DNA of 64,000 nt from Amphiscolops sp. MND2022 (GCA_964187785.1 OZ076411.1:20646001-20710000), one strand, 5' to 3'. Numbered from the stretch's first letter, positions 22,401 through 36,895 are shown. Notes: generated by a model from the sequence alone, not told the origin. Program-made: numbers and translations.

Positions 22401-24915
22401 AACCACTTGTCGAGTCCCGCCTTACTCCAAATTTGTTTCTTCTGCACCGTTTCCGCGAACGACTAATCGCTGTTATAGCAGATATTGGGGCCATTTTTAT
22501 GCAAAGTAGTTTACATAGAAAGACAGAGCCTCACTTTGCTTCCTGTGATTGACTGGAAATTCCATCCGTTAATGCCAGAACACATGTTTGATATTCGGTA
22601 CTGCCTGTTCTCCTACCACCGCTATTTTCGCTCGCAAACGATCAGCAGACGGTTTTGCTGCGGACGCTTTGGTCACAAAACAGTTGATTCACGACGCATT
22701 CTATATGGACGATTTAATTCATTACTTCCTCAAGACGGATTCAAGACTACCAAATTCGTAAGTAACGGCATTAAGTGCCTAGAATGTCCGCCCAAGGATC
22801 ACATTGTTCAGTCCCTCCCCCCACAGCGTGTCGTAAGCCTTCTTTGGGATTTACAAGACGACAAACTTTTCATGAAATTGGATTGAAATAATACAACTGA
22901 TGGAACCAATTTAACCTCACAAAAAATTCTGTCTCTGATTGCTTCCGTTTTCCACCCGTTAGGCTTTGTAGCACCAGCTCTCGTCACATTTAAAATCATT
23001 CTGCAGGAAATTTGGCGAACTGGAATTTCCTGGGACGAACGTTTGACAATCATTTTCCAGAAACGAATACAAAAATTGCTCCCGAGATCTCAAAATGTGA
23101 TCGAGTTTCTCTTCCGTGTTGCATGCAAGTCAACCGATAGAAATAACAGCTTTTTTGTAATGGGACGTTCCAAAATTGCAACCATTAAACAACAGAGCAT
23201 ACCACGTCTTGAACTGGATACTGCTGTTCTCGGCGTACGATTGAGTGATTTCGTTTAGTCAAGTTTACGCATTCTTCTGAGTTCTTTTACTTTCTGGACC
23301 GATAGTACAACAATGCTAACCTGGAATAAATCTGTTTCCAAACAAAAAACGTATGTATCCCATCGCATCGAAGAAAGTCTAGGAAAAAACAAAATCTCAA
23401 AAGTGGCAACACGTACCAGGCGCCGCCGATACAACTGATAAAGCCACTCGCGGCATTAAAACCGAAAACATCGAAAACGTTGGCTTTCACCGCCACCGTT
23501 CCTGCTGCTCCTTCAAAAAGAGTAGGTTTTCGATAACCCTGCGTCACACGAAACGAATGTCACTACTTTGTCCGAAGTCTTCGACTCTTTACATTTAGAA
23601 AACTACTCAACTTGGAGAAGGTTGATGGGCGTTGTTGCAAGGTTGTACCAGGCAATACAAATTTTCAAAGATCGTGCAAAACTAGCCTCAAATGCTGCTC
23701 GTTACGCAGAGGCTAGAATTCATATTTTCCGTTGTTCACAAAAGTCCTCACTCACTGAGCAGCTCGAAGCATTAATACAACGTAGAACTCTTGGCAACAA
23801 AGGCAAACTCCTTCCACTCGGACCTTTCCTAGATGACGTTGGTCTTATCCGAGCAAACGGTCGTCTAACCGAAGCGCCCTTTCCATGGGCTACAAAACAC
23901 CCAACTATCTTGAACTCTTACAATCACATCACGCGCCGCTTCATCCAACATTGCCAGGAGGCTTGCATGCATGCAGGCATCTATCATGTGCGGAATTTTA
24001 TTCAACAAACACAATGCAAATTCCGATTGCGAACAACACTTCGCTCGCTCACTATCTCTTACTTGTTTTAAATATCGCCGTTTCCGCGGTCAATAACTAC
24101 AACCCTACATGAGCAGTCGGCCTTTCCGCAGGTTCCCAGATGCTGATAAAAACCATTATCATTTTCGAAGTCTCGGCATTGGTTTGATCGGTCCTTCCGA
24201 AGTTGTGGAAAAAGGAATCACAGCAAAAAGGTATGTTTGCTTCTGCACCTGTCTTGTGAGCAGAGCTGTCCATTTAGAAGTTGCAGATTCCTTGAGTCAA
24301 GGCTCGTGCATGTCGGCCATTCCACATTTGTAGCATGTCGAAGAGTTCCAGAAATAATTTTTGTTTAGCCATTCAAACGAGCTCTCCTGATTACTCTGGG
24401 GTCCAGCTGCTTACCCCGAGAAGTTTTCGACACCATCACAGATCCAGTCCCTTCTCAACAGCCGAACTTTAACTCTTGTCAGCAGCGACATCAAAGATGC
24501 AACAACCATTACTCCAAATTACTTCTTACTGGGCCAACCTATCCCAGATGTTGCTGCCGCTATTTTCGGGGGAGCAATTCGCCTGCTCAGTCGCCTTGCC
24601 TCTCAGGAACATTTGAATAATATCTTGCAACGCCTGCTACACGAGATTACGCCGCAAAAGATTGGACGTCCGAAATGGAACAATCACAATGCACCGCTGA
24701 AAGAAGAGGATCTTGTGTGGATCCTGAATGACAACTGCCCTCGACGTGTCTGGATATTGGGTATCGTGGAAAAGAGGCACACTGGGTCCGATGGAGTTGT
24801 TCGATCATGCCTAATAAAAACCGCCCTCTGAAAAGTAACTATGACCGCAGTAAGGTTAAGCTTAGTGCACCCAAAACCATTCCTACTCAGGAGAATGTTA
24901 ATGACGCATCGACGT
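19430..24915 (+). mobile_element. Degenerate, rearranged BEL/Pao element(s): gag-PR-[INT]-PR end-RT-RNaseH-INT
   Basis: FDGNPMLWPDF (gag); CFNCLSPRHKVEDC..CQVTNCGKRHH (zinc knuckles); YLDTCSTAS (protease, ~20525); PFAVRPLLGWTVTG; FYMDD (22702); SLIASVFHPLGFVAP, SIPRLEL and FWTDST (Pao RNase H region); VHLEVADSLS (integrase); DLVWILNDNCPRRVWILG...GSDGVVRS (C-terminus). Confidence 0.92.
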
Positions 24916-26291
24916 CTGATTCATTTTGGATTAATGGCTTTGCAGGATGTTTTAGGTCTTTCATTTTTGAAGCTCTCAGATATTAATCGTCGTTTTCAGA
25001 ACCTGAATTTTCGGTGTTAGATGCGCGAACTCCTATAGACTTATCTATTTCGGATCCCGAAGGTTGTGGGTCTTGTATTTCAAAAACCTATGACTTTGAG
25101 TTTGTTACAGTTGATGCAATTTTGTTGGTTTTAATTTCTGTAAGAATGGCTTCAATTTGTTGCCCATCTCTTCTCTCATCTTTTCAATTCTATTGTTGTC
25201 CTTTTCGTCGAATGTCTGAGTCCAGACTTGTATCTCATTGCTACTTTGACTGGGTTCAGTCAAATGATTTCCTGGGTTATTTTTGCCTAAACTTTCTTGG
25301 ACAACAGTAATAAAATTAGTTAAAGTCTCATTACCTGTGTTGGGTGTTTCGACTTGGGTATTGTTTATTTATCGCTCTGGAGGGGATGTTTCTAGTCTCC
25401 TTGACCAATTTCTTTTATCGCCAATCTCACTCGAGAGAAAAAGATTGTTTTCCAAGTCAAGAATTTGAATTAGAACTTGATGTTTGTTAAAGACAAACTG
25501 GAATGATCAAAACTTCAAGGGAGAGAATAGTATTACAGAGGTTTTGAAGATGTTCAGAACAAACTGCATTTTAGGTAGGGCTGTAATTCGTCTGAATGCT
25601 CTCTTGTTTTTCGAAAGTTTCCGAAAGTCAAAAAGGGATGACACGCAATTTTACTGTTATCATTGCTGGAAAATTGAAAATAGCACAACATCAGAATACC
25701 CTCATCTTATTTCTATCTTCTGAGTCACCTTTCCATGACAATCCAAATGCACTCAAAAGGAGTTTAGAGCACTCTGGAATAAAGTTAAACAATGAAATAT
25801 ATAACTTTCCAACTCTATATATTGAAGAATGAAAGCAATACTACAAAATAGCACAAACCCCGGTAAAAAAGTATAGTACCGCATATAGGACACTCTTCGA
25901 AACGCGGGGTGACGAATGATAGCATGAATGGTAAAAGCGTATAGTGACGTATATACGTCACATATCGAGACGCATAGTGACGTATAATGGGTAATGTAAA
26001 ACGCACAATTTTATATAATGGCATTGTAAATGCGCATATTGCTGTATATACCTCATTACTCAAAACGTTCAATACAAAATGAGTTATAAGCACAATGTTA
26101 AAGTTACGGGGGGGGCTAAAATCATCATTAAGACATCTCAAGATAATCAAAATACATTAAGACCTGAGTCTTATGAAGTGAAATTGAAACATAACCGTGA
26201 CTAAACAAAAAGGTTTACAAACAAAGAGATTACATGACTGATCAATAAGTTTCTATTGTTTATTAGTTTGTTGCAGACGTTGTTTATCTTT

Positions 26292-27311
26292 TCACTGGTG
26301 CACTCCGTATCCGTCGCACCTTTGTGGACGCGAAAGTCCTGCAATTTTAAAGATATACAATGCGGCCTCCAGCCTATCGAAGAAGGCCCTTGATCTCACT
26401 GCACGCACTCTGACAGTCTCTCCGTCGTAAACGGTTGCAACAGGATAGTCTCCCGAGGTCTCTAGGGCCACTTGATCAAAAGTGCAACCACACCAGTCAC
26501 AACATCCAGAGACGTTGGGCATAACTGTGCGAAACAGCCGGAAGTTTTGCCTCTTGCTGACTGTCATCAGGAGAACGTTAGTGCTGTGTAGAATGTTAAA
26601 CGGGAACCCGAGTTGGGTAACTTGTTGAGATGGTCAAATAAGGTTGGCTGGGACGTCTACCATACATCTGGGAAGCAAATGTATTCCTATTGGGGTGATG
26701 TCGCTTACAACCAGGTATTGCGATTCTTCTGGTATAAACGGCGTTTGAAGATGTGTGCCTTCTGGCTCATGTGTTGAAAGATTTGTAATTTTCTAGCTAT
26801 TCATTTTAATTGCTCGGACGTGCTGGAAGTTGGATGATTCTTGCGAGAAATCCGGGAGGTATGTTGGTATTGGTCTGACTATTTCGATTGATTGTTGTCT
26901 AGATATCCTTGGTGTGGGTAGTATTTCAGCAATGAGTCGACCATATCTATTTATTTGTATTTCGGATCCTTCGGCACGGACTCTTGGTGACATACTCATT
27001 TCTTCAATTTCGCAATCTATGAAAGACAAAGGGGATTTAGAAGAAGACAACGGATTTTCTTCTATCAGTTCCATGGTATCTCGTTCGATACGGTTACCTG
27101 CAGTGTCGATGGTCCCAATTGATCATCTAAGTTGAAAGAAGGAAACAATGCAGCCGTTGCAGAACCCACAAAAGCTGCTATGATGTTAGATCCCATGGTA
27201 ACAACCCTAAACTTTTCGTCTAGTTGTGTGATGTTACCGGGTTCCTCTTCTCCAGATTCACTGGATATGTCGATTACGTCTAGGGAGATGGGCGAATAGC
27301 AAGAGATTCAT
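26292..27311 (-). pseudogene. Gypsy 3' accessory ORF, array unit 1 (SIM-like N-terminus, CxxC domain, reads into LTR)
   Basis: SPISLDVIDISSESGEEE...SGCCDWCGCTFDQVALETSGDY...GET...RSRAF...AGLSRPQRCDG; stops and frameshifts present. The LTR edge falls at 26335, inside the ORF. Confidence 0.65.
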
Positions 27312-28134
27312 ACTTTTTGAAGATGTAATTAAGAATCACAGATTGGCAAAGGCAAAGTTTTGAGAATAAAGACAAATGATTTACAAATTGATATAGACCA
27401 TATGGTGATGAGTTTTTGTTTTCCTCTCGTCTGTGATGAAAACACGCGGAAAAATTGAGTAGCATGTTCTTTGATTTCCTCTACTCCGTTATAAGGATTT
27501 TGTGGAGACTCATGTCATGGGTTTCATCCACAATGAGTTATAAACAACTTCCATAAAAAGTGTTCCATTTAGCACTTCAACTGATTTTCACCTATCTTAA
27601 TCCTTCACAACATTTCACCAATTATTAAATGACACGTAAACAATCTAACCTAATTTCAAGCAACGAAACAAAATGTTTTGATAAAGGTATTCATTAAAAG
27701 AATCAACACTCGGAATTAAATTCATTTGACTTTACATGACGAGGTTTAAGAAAATTGAAAAATGTTGAAAAAAGTGTTTCGTTCCAGTTTTTGCCACTTT
27801 TAGACTATCCACTATTTTTAGGAAAAACACCTACAATATTCATAGTCCTGCACTTAGAAAGTGTAGGTGGTCCGAAAGACTAACGATCAAGTTTCAGTTT
27901 TGATGATAACTTCATGCAGAAACGTTTTTCAGAATGTGACATCAATTTAATATTCCGTCAACATATTTGTCAAATGAGCATCGGTTGAATATAGTGTATA
28001 TTCGCATTACCATAATCCTTCTTGTGATAGCGAGTATATAGTTTCTTTGGCTGCATTACGTAACATCAGCTTGTTCATTCATTGTATTTGATTCTCGTCG
28101 TTGGAACAATTCTCTGCATGGACATAGTGAATAG

Positions 28135-28405
28135 CGCATACTGCCGCATACTCGTAATTGCTCGAAACATATGCTGCCGCATACTTGTTTGTATTAATTT
28201 CCGCATACTGTCGCATACTCGTCATTGCTCAAAACGTATGATGCCGCATACTTGGTTGTATTGGATTCCGCATACTGCCGCATACTCGTCATTGCTCAAA
28301 ACGTATGATGCCGCATACTTGGTTGTATTGGATTCCGCATACTGCCGCACACTCGTCAATGCTCGATACGTGTGCTGCCGCATATTTGTTTGTTTTGAAT
28401 TCCGC
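28135..28405. repeat. 67-bp tandem repeat rich in CCGCATAC (4 copies in unit 1; 3 copies in units 2 and 3 at ~31910-32125 and ~35790-36000)
   Basis: Unit registers at 28154, 28221, 28288 and 28355. Confidence 0.93.
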
Positions 28406-30238
28406 ATGCCATTGCATGCTTGTTTTCACTCGATGGTTACACATAATTATCTTTTTTTTCAATTAGGCGCTAATTTTCGAGTTGTCAATCAGTTCGTCAA
28501 TCACTCTGGCAGTAGTGACCAACAATTAATTTACCAACCAGCGTTCAGCACAATACGTCCTCTTCGCTTCATTGCATGAATTATATGCTCTTTTGCCTTT
28601 TTTTATTACGCCACACCTTTGCTGTTGCTAATTTTCACTTGTTAATTGACACAGTACTCAACATTTTAGTTGCAGTCGTAGTTTGAATTGCAGTTTTAAA
28701 GTCCCTCTTCCTTCAGCTACATCCTTCTGAGAAAGTAATTGTAAGACTTCATTGTTCAGCTTCCTCATACTTCTAATCGCCCTTTAACTTTGTTTCCATT
28801 TCAATTCAATTATCTTCTACACATTGTTTGAAACTGCCTCTAATTCGTGAATGGAAGAAAGCAACATGGAGTCCGTAGCGAAACGAAGAACCAGCAGGCA
28901 GAGATAAAAAAACCCGCAACAACACAGTGCTTCAAGGGGCTTCATTTCTTGTTTGAGAGCTGCTATCGGTAAGTTCAGCCGACTTTTGTTTTGGAATTTT
29001 GAAGTTTGTCCAACTTATTCATTGGAAGATTGACCTTGAGTTTGTTACAGTTGATGCAATTTTGTTGGTTTTAATTTCTGTAAGAATGGCTTCAATTTGT
29101 TGCCCATCTCTTCTCTCATGTTTTCAATTCTATTGTTGTTCTTTTCGTCGAATGCCTGAGTCCAGACTTGTATCTCATTGCTACTTTGACTGGGTTCAGT
29201 CAAATGATTTCCTGGGTTAATTCCGCCTAAACTTTCTTGGACAACAGTAATAAAATTAGTTAAAGTATCATTACCTGTGTTGTGTGTTTCGACTTGGGTA
29301 TTGTTTATTTGTCGCTCTGGAGGGGATGTTTCTAGTCTCTTTGACCAATTTCTTCTATTGCCAATCTCACTCGAGAGAAAATGATTGTTTTGCAAGTTAA
29401 GAATTTGAATTAGAACTTGATGTTTTTTAAAGACAAGCTGGGACAAGCTCCCCCAAACTTCAAGGGAGAGAATAATATTACAGAGGTTTTGAAGATGTTC
29501 AGAACAAACTGCATTTTAGGTAGGGCTGTAATTCGTCTGAATGCTCTCTTGTTTTTCGAAAGTTTCCGAAAGTCAAAAATGGATGACACGCAATTTTACT
29601 GATATCATTGCTGGAAAATTGAAAATAGCACAACATCAGAATACCGTCATCTTATTCATATCTTCTGAGTCATTTTTCCATGACAATCCAAATGCACTCA
29701 AAAGGAGTTTAGAGCACTCTGGAATGAAGTTAAACAATGAAATATATAACTTTCTAACCCTATATATTGAAGAATGAAAGCAATACTACAAAATAGCACA
29801 AACCCCGGTAAAAAAGTATAGTACCGCATATAGGACACTCTTCGAAACGCAGGGTGACGAATGATAGCATGAATGGTAAAAGCGTATAGTGACGTATATA
29901 CGTCACTTATCGAGACGCATAGTGACGTATAATGGGTAATGTAAAACGCACAATTTTATATAATGGCATTGTAAAAGCGCATAATGCTGTATATACCTCA
30001 TTACTCAAAACATGCAATCCAAAATGAATTATAAGCACAATGTTAAAGTTATTGGGGGGGGGCTAAAATCATCATTAAGACATATCAAGATAATCAAAAT
30101 ACATTAATACCTAAGTCTCATGAAGTCAAATTGAAACATAACCGTGACTAAACAAAAAGGTGTACAAACAAATAGATTACATGACTGATCAATAAATTTC
30201 TATTGTTTATTAGTTTGTTTCAGACGTTGTTTATCTTT

Positions 30239-31258
30239 TCACTGGTGCATTCCGGATCCATCGCACCTTTGTGGACGCGAAAGTCCTGCAATTTTAAAGA
30301 TATACAATGCGGCCTCCAGCCCATCGAAGAAGGCCCTTAACCTCACTGCACGCACTCTGACCGTCTCTCCGTCGTAAACGGTTGCAACAGGATAGTCTCC
30401 CGAGGTCTCTAAGGCGACTTGATCAAAAGTGCAACCACACCAGTCACAACATCCAGAGACGTTGGGTATAACTGTGCGAAACAGTCGGAAATTTTGCCTC
30501 TCGCTGACTGTCATCAGGAGAACGTTAGTGCTGTGGAGAATGTTAAACGGGAACCCGAGTTGGGTAACTTGTCGAGATGGTCAAATAAGGTTGGCTGGGA
30601 CGTCTACCATACATCTGGGAAGCAAATGTATTCCTATTGGGGTGATGTCGCTTACAACCAGGTATTGCGATTCTTCTGGTATAAACGGCGTTTGAAGATG
30701 TGTGCCTTCTGGCTCATGTGTTGAAAGATTTGTAATTTTCTAGCTATTCATTTTAATTGCTCGGACGTGCTGGAAGTTGGATGATTCTTGCGAGAAATCC
30801 GGAAGGTATGTTGGTATTGGTCTGACTATTTCGATTGATTGCTGTCTAGAGATCCTTGGTGTGGGTAGTATTTCAGCAAGGAGTCGACCATATCTATTTA
30901 CTTGTATTTCGGATCCTTCGGCACGGACTCTTGGTGACATACTCATTTCTTCAATTTCGCAATCTATGAAAGACAAAGGGGATTTAGAAGAAGACAACGG
31001 ATTTTCTTCTATCAGTTCCATGGTATCTCGTTCGATACGGTTACCTGCAGTGTCGATGGTCCCAGTTGATCCTCTAAGTTGAAAGAAGGAAACAATGCAG
31101 CCGTTGCAGAACCCACAAAAGCTGCCATGATGTTAGATCCCATGGTAACAACCCTAAACTTTTCGTCTAGTTGTGTGATGTTACCGGGTTCCTCTTCTCC
31201 AGATTCACTGGATATGTCGATTACGTCTAGGGAGATGGGCGAATAGCAAGAGATTCAT
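30239..31258 (-). pseudogene. Gypsy 3' accessory ORF, array unit 2
   Basis: Near-identical to unit 1; LTR edge at 30282. Confidence 0.65.
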
Positions 31259-33946
31259 ACTTTTTGAAGATGTAATTAGGAATCACAGATTGGCAAAGGC
31301 AAAGTTTTGATATTAAAGACAAATGATTTACAAATTGATATAGACCATATGGTGATGAGTTTTTGTTTTCCTCTCGTCTGTGATGAAAACCCGTGGAAAA
31401 ATTGAGTGGCATGTTCTTTGATTTCCTCTACTCCTTATAAGGATTTTGTGGAGACTCATGTCATGGGTTTCATCCACAATGAGTTATAAACAACTTCCAT
31501 AAAAAGTGTTCCATTTAGCACTTCAACTGAATTGAAAAATGTTGAAGAAAGTGTGTCGTTCCAATTTTTGCCACTTCTAGACTATCCACTATTTTTAGGA
31601 AAAACACCTACAATATTCCTAGTCCGGCACTTAAAAAGTGTAGGTGGTCCGAAAGACTAACGATCAAGTTTCAGTTTTGATGATAACTTCGTGCAGAAAC
31701 GTTTTTCAGAATGTGACATCAATTTAATATTCCGTCAACATATTTGTCAAATGAGCATCGGTTGAATATAGTGTATATTCGCATTACCATATTCCTTCTT
31801 GTGATAGCGAGTATATAGTTTCTTTGGCTGCATTACGTAACATCAGCTTGTTCATTCATTTAAATTGATTCTCGTCGTTGGAACAATTCTCTGCATGGAC
31901 ATAGTGAATAGCGCATACTGCCGCATACTCGTTATTGCTCGAAACGTATGCTGCCGCGTACTTTGTTTGTATTAATTTCCGCATACTGTCGCATACTCGT
32001 CAATGCTCAAAACCTATGATGCCGCATACTTGGTTGTATTGGATTCCGCATACTGCCGCACACTCGTCAATGCTCGAAACGTGTGCTGCCGCATACTTGT
32101 TTGTATTGAATTCCGCATGCCATTGCATGCTTGTTTTCACACGACGGTAACACATAATTATCTTTTTCTTTTTTCAATTAGGCGCTAATTTTCGAGTTGT
32201 CAATCAGCTCGTCAATCACTCTGGCAGTAGTGGCCAACAATTAATTTACCAACCAGCGCTCAGCACAATACGTCCTCTTCGCTTCATTGCATGAATTATA
32301 TGCTCTTTTGCCTTTTATTTTTACGCCACACCTTTGCTGTTGCTAATTTTCACTTGTTAATTGACACAGTACTCAACATTTTAGTTTCAGTCGTAGTTTG
32401 AATTGCAGTTTTAAAGTCCCTCTTCCTTCAGCTACATCCTTCTGGGAAAGTAATTGTAAGACTTCAGTGTTCAGCTCCCTCATACTTCTAATTGCCCCTT
32501 AACTTTGTTTCCATTTCAATTCAATTATCTTCTACACATTGTTTGAAACTGCCTCTAATTCGTGAATGGAAGAAAGCAACATGGAGTCCGTAGCGAAACG
32601 AAGAACCAGCAGGCAGAGATAAAAACCCCCAACAACACAGTGCTTCACGGGGCTTCATTTCTTGTTTGAGAGCTGCTATCGCTAAGTTCAGCCGACTTTT
32701 GTTTTGGAATATTGAAGTTTGTCCAACTTATTCATTGGAAGATTGACCTTGAGTTTGTTACAGTTGATGCAATTTTGTTGGTTTTAATTTCTGTAAGAAT
32801 GGCTTCAATTTGTTGTCCATCTCTTCTCTCATCTTTTCAATTCTATTGTTGTTCTTTTCGTCGAATGTCTGAGTCCAGACCTGTATCTCATTGCTATTTT
32901 GACTGGGTTCAGTCAAAGGATTTCCTGGGTTAATTTCGCCTAAACTTTTTTGGACAACAGTATTAAAATTAGTTAAAGTATCATTACCTGTGTTGGGTGT
33001 TTCGACTTGGGTATTGTTTATTTATCGCTCTGGAGGGGATGTTTCTAGTCTCCTTGACCAATTTCTTTTATTGCCAATCTCACTCGAGAGAAAAAGATTG
33101 TTTTGCAAGTTAAGAATTTGATTTAGAACTTGATGTTTGTTAAAGACAAACTGGGATGATCAAAACTTCAAGGGAGAGAATAGTATTACAGAGGTTTTGA
33201 AGATGTTCAGAACAAACTGCATTTTAGGTAGGGCTGTAATTCGTCTGAATGCTCTCTTGTTTTTCGGAAGTTTCCGAAAGTCAAAAAGGGATGACACGCA
33301 ATTTTACTGTTATCATTGCTTGAAAATTGAAAATAGCACAACATCAGAATACCCTCATCTTATTTCTATCTTCTGAGTCACCTTTCCATGACAATCCAAA
33401 TGCACTCAAAAGGAGTTTAGAGCACTCTGGAATAAAGTTAAACAATGAAATATATAACTTTCCAACTCTATATATTGAAGAATGAAAGCAATACTACAAA
33501 ATAGCACAAACCCCGGTAAAAAAGTATAGTACCGCATATAGGACACTCTTCGAAACGCGGGGTGACGAATGATAGCATGAATGGTAAAAGCGTATAGTGA
33601 CGTATATACGTCACATATCGAGACGCATAGTGACGTATAATGGGTAATGTAAAACGCACAATTTTATATAATGGCATTGTAAATGCGCATATTGCTGTAT
33701 ATACCTCATTACTCAAAACGTGCAATACAAAATGAGTTATAAGCACAATGTTAAAGTTACAGCGGGGGGGCTAAAATCATCATTGAGACATCTCAAGATA
33801 ATCAAAATACATTAAGACCTGAGTCTTATGAAGTGAAATTGAAACATAACCGTGACTAAACAAAAAGGTTTACAAACAAATAGATTACATGACTGATCAA
33901 TAAGTTTCTATTGTTTATTAGTTTGTTGCAGACGTTGTTTATCTTT

Positions 33947-34966
33947 TCACTGGTGCATTCCGGATCCATCGCACCTTTGTGGACGCGAAAGTCCTGCAAT
34001 TTTAAAGATATACAATGCAGCCTCCAGCCCATCGAAGAAGGCCCTTAACCTCACTGCACGCACTCTGACCGTCTCTCCGTCGTAAACGGTTGCAACAGGA
34101 TAGTCTCCCGAGGTCTCTAAGGCGACTTGATCAAAAGTGCAACCACACCAGTCACAACATCCAGAGACGTTGGGCATAACTGTGCGAAACAGCCGGAAAT
34201 TTTGCCTCTCTCTGACTGTCATCAGGAGAACGTTAGTGCTGTGGAGAATGTTAAACGGGAACCCGAGTTGGGTAACTTGTTGAGATGGTCAAATAAGGTT
34301 GGCTGGGACGTCTACCATACATCTGGGAAGCAAATGTATTCCTATTGGGGTGATGTCGCTTACAACCAGGTATTGCGATTCTTCTGGTATAAACGGCGTT
34401 TGAAGATGTGTGCCTTCTGGCTCATGTGTTGAAAGATTTGTAATTTTCTAGCTATTCATTTTAATTGCTCGGACGTGCTGGAAGTTGGATGATTCTTGCG
34501 AGAACTCCGGAAGGTATGTTGGTATTGGTCTGACTATTTCGATTGATTGCTGTCTAGAGATCCTTGGTGTGGGTAGTATTTCAGCAAGGAGTCGACCATA
34601 TCTATTTACTTGCATTTCGGATCCTTCGGCACGGACTCTTGGTGACATACTCATTTCTTCAATTTCGCAATCTATGAAAGACAAAGGGGATTTAGAAGAA
34701 GACAACGGATTTTCTTCTATCAGTTCGATGGTATCTCGTTCGATACGGTTACCTGCAGTGTCGATGGTCCCAGTTGATCATCTAAGTTGAAAGAAGGAAA
34801 CAATGCAGCCGTTGCAGAACCCACAAAAGCTGCCATGATGTTAGATCCCATGGTAACAACCCTAAACTTTTCGTCTAGTTGTGTGATGTTACCGGGTTCC
34901 TCTTCTCCAGATTCACTGGATATGTCGATTACGTCTAGGGAGATGGGCGAATAGCAAGAGATTCAT
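33947..34966 (-). pseudogene. Gypsy 3' accessory ORF, array unit 3
   Basis: Near-identical to unit 2; LTR edge at 33990. Confidence 0.65.
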
Positions 34967-36039
34967 ACTTTTTGAAGATGTAATTAGGAATCACAGATTG
35001 GCAAAGGCAAAGTTTTGAGATTAAAGACAAATGATTTACAAATTGATATAGACCATATGGTGATGAGTTTTTGTTTTCCTCTCGTCTGTGATGAAAACCC
35101 GTGGAAAAATTGAGTGGCATGTTCTTTGATTTCCTCTACTCCTTATAAGGATTTTGTGGAGACTCATGTCATGGGTTTCATCCACAATGAGTTATAAACA
35201 ACTTCCATAAAAAGTGTTCCATTTAGCACTTCAACTGATTTTCACTTATCTTAATCCATCACAACATTTCACCGAGTATTAAATGACACGTAAACAATCT
35301 AACCTAATTTCAAGCAACGAAACAAAATGTTTTGATAAAGGTATTCATTAAAAGAATCAACACTCGGAATTAAATTCATTTGACTTTACATGACGAGGTT
35401 TAAGAAAATTGAAAAATGTTGAAAAAAGTGTTTCGTTCCAGTTTTTGCCACTTTTAGACTATCCACTATTTTTAGGAAAAACACCTACAATATTCATAGT
35501 CCTGCACTTAAAAAGTGTAGGTGGTCCGAAAGACTAACGATCAAGTTTCAGTTTTGATGATAACTTCGTGCAGAAACGTTTTTCAGAATGTGACATCAAT
35601 TTAATATTCCGTCAACATATTTGTCAAATGAGCATCGGTTGAATATAGTGTATATTCGCATTACCATATTCCTTCTTGTGATAGCGAGTATATAGTTTCT
35701 TTGGCTGCATTACGTAACATCAGCTTGTTCATTCATTTAAATTGATTCTCGTCGTTGGAACAATTCTCTGCATGGACATAGTGAATAGCGCATACTGCCG
35801 CATACTCGTTATTGCTCGAAACGTATGCTGCCGCATACTTTGTTTGTATTAATTTCCGCATACTGTCGCATACTCGTCAATGCTCAAAACCTATGATGCC
35901 GCATACTTGGTTGTATTGGATTCCGCATACTGCCGCACACTTGTCAATGCTCGAAACGTGTGCTGCCGCATACTTGTTTGTATTGAATTCCGCATGCCAT
36001 TGCATGCTTGTTTTCACTCGATGGTAACACATAATTATC

Positions 36040-36895
36040 TTTTTCTTTTTTCAAATAGGCGCTAATTTTCGAGTTGTCAATCAGCTCGTCAATCACTCTG
36101 GCAGTAGTGGCCAACAATTAATTTACCAACCAGCGTTCAGCACAATACGTCCTCTTCGCTTCATTGCATGAATTATATGCTCTTTTGCCTTATATTATTA
36201 CGCCACACCTTTGCTGTTGCTAATTTTCACTTGTTAATTGACACAGTACTCAACATTTTAGTTTCAGTCGTAGTTTGAATTGCAGTTTTAAAGTCCCTCT
36301 TCCTTCAGCTACATCCTTCTGGGAAAGTAATTGTAAGACTTCATTGTTCAGCTCCCTCATACTTCTAATTGCCCTTTAACTTTGTTTCCATTTCAATTCA
36401 ATTATCTTCTACACATTGTTTGAAACTGCCTCTAATTCGTGAGTGGAAGAAAGCAACATGGAGTCATCTTTTTCTTTTTTCAATTAGGCGCGAATTTTCG
36501 AGTTGTCAATCAGCTCGTCAATCACTCTGGCAGTAGTGGCCAACAATTAATTTACCAACCAGCGTTCAGCACAATACGTCCTCTTCGCTTCATTGCATGA
36601 ATTATATGCTTTTTTGCCTTATATTATTACGCCACACCTTTGCTGTTGCTAATTTTCACTAGTTAATTGACACAGTACTCAACATTTTAGTTTCAGTCGT
36701 AGTTTGAATTGCAGTTTTAAAGTCCCTCTTCCTTCAGCTACATCCTTCTGGGAAAGTAATTGTAAGACTTCATTGTTCAGCTCCCTCATACTTCTAATTG
36801 CCCTTTAACTTTGTTTCCATTTCAATTCAATTATCTTCTACATATTGTTTGAAACTGCCTCTAATTCGTGAGTGGAAGAAAGCAACATGGAGTCC
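36040..36895. repeat. ~429-bp internal tandem duplication in array unit 3
   Basis: CAA(A/T)TAGGCG...GCAACATGGAGTC occurs from 36052 and again from 36481. Confidence 0.95.
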
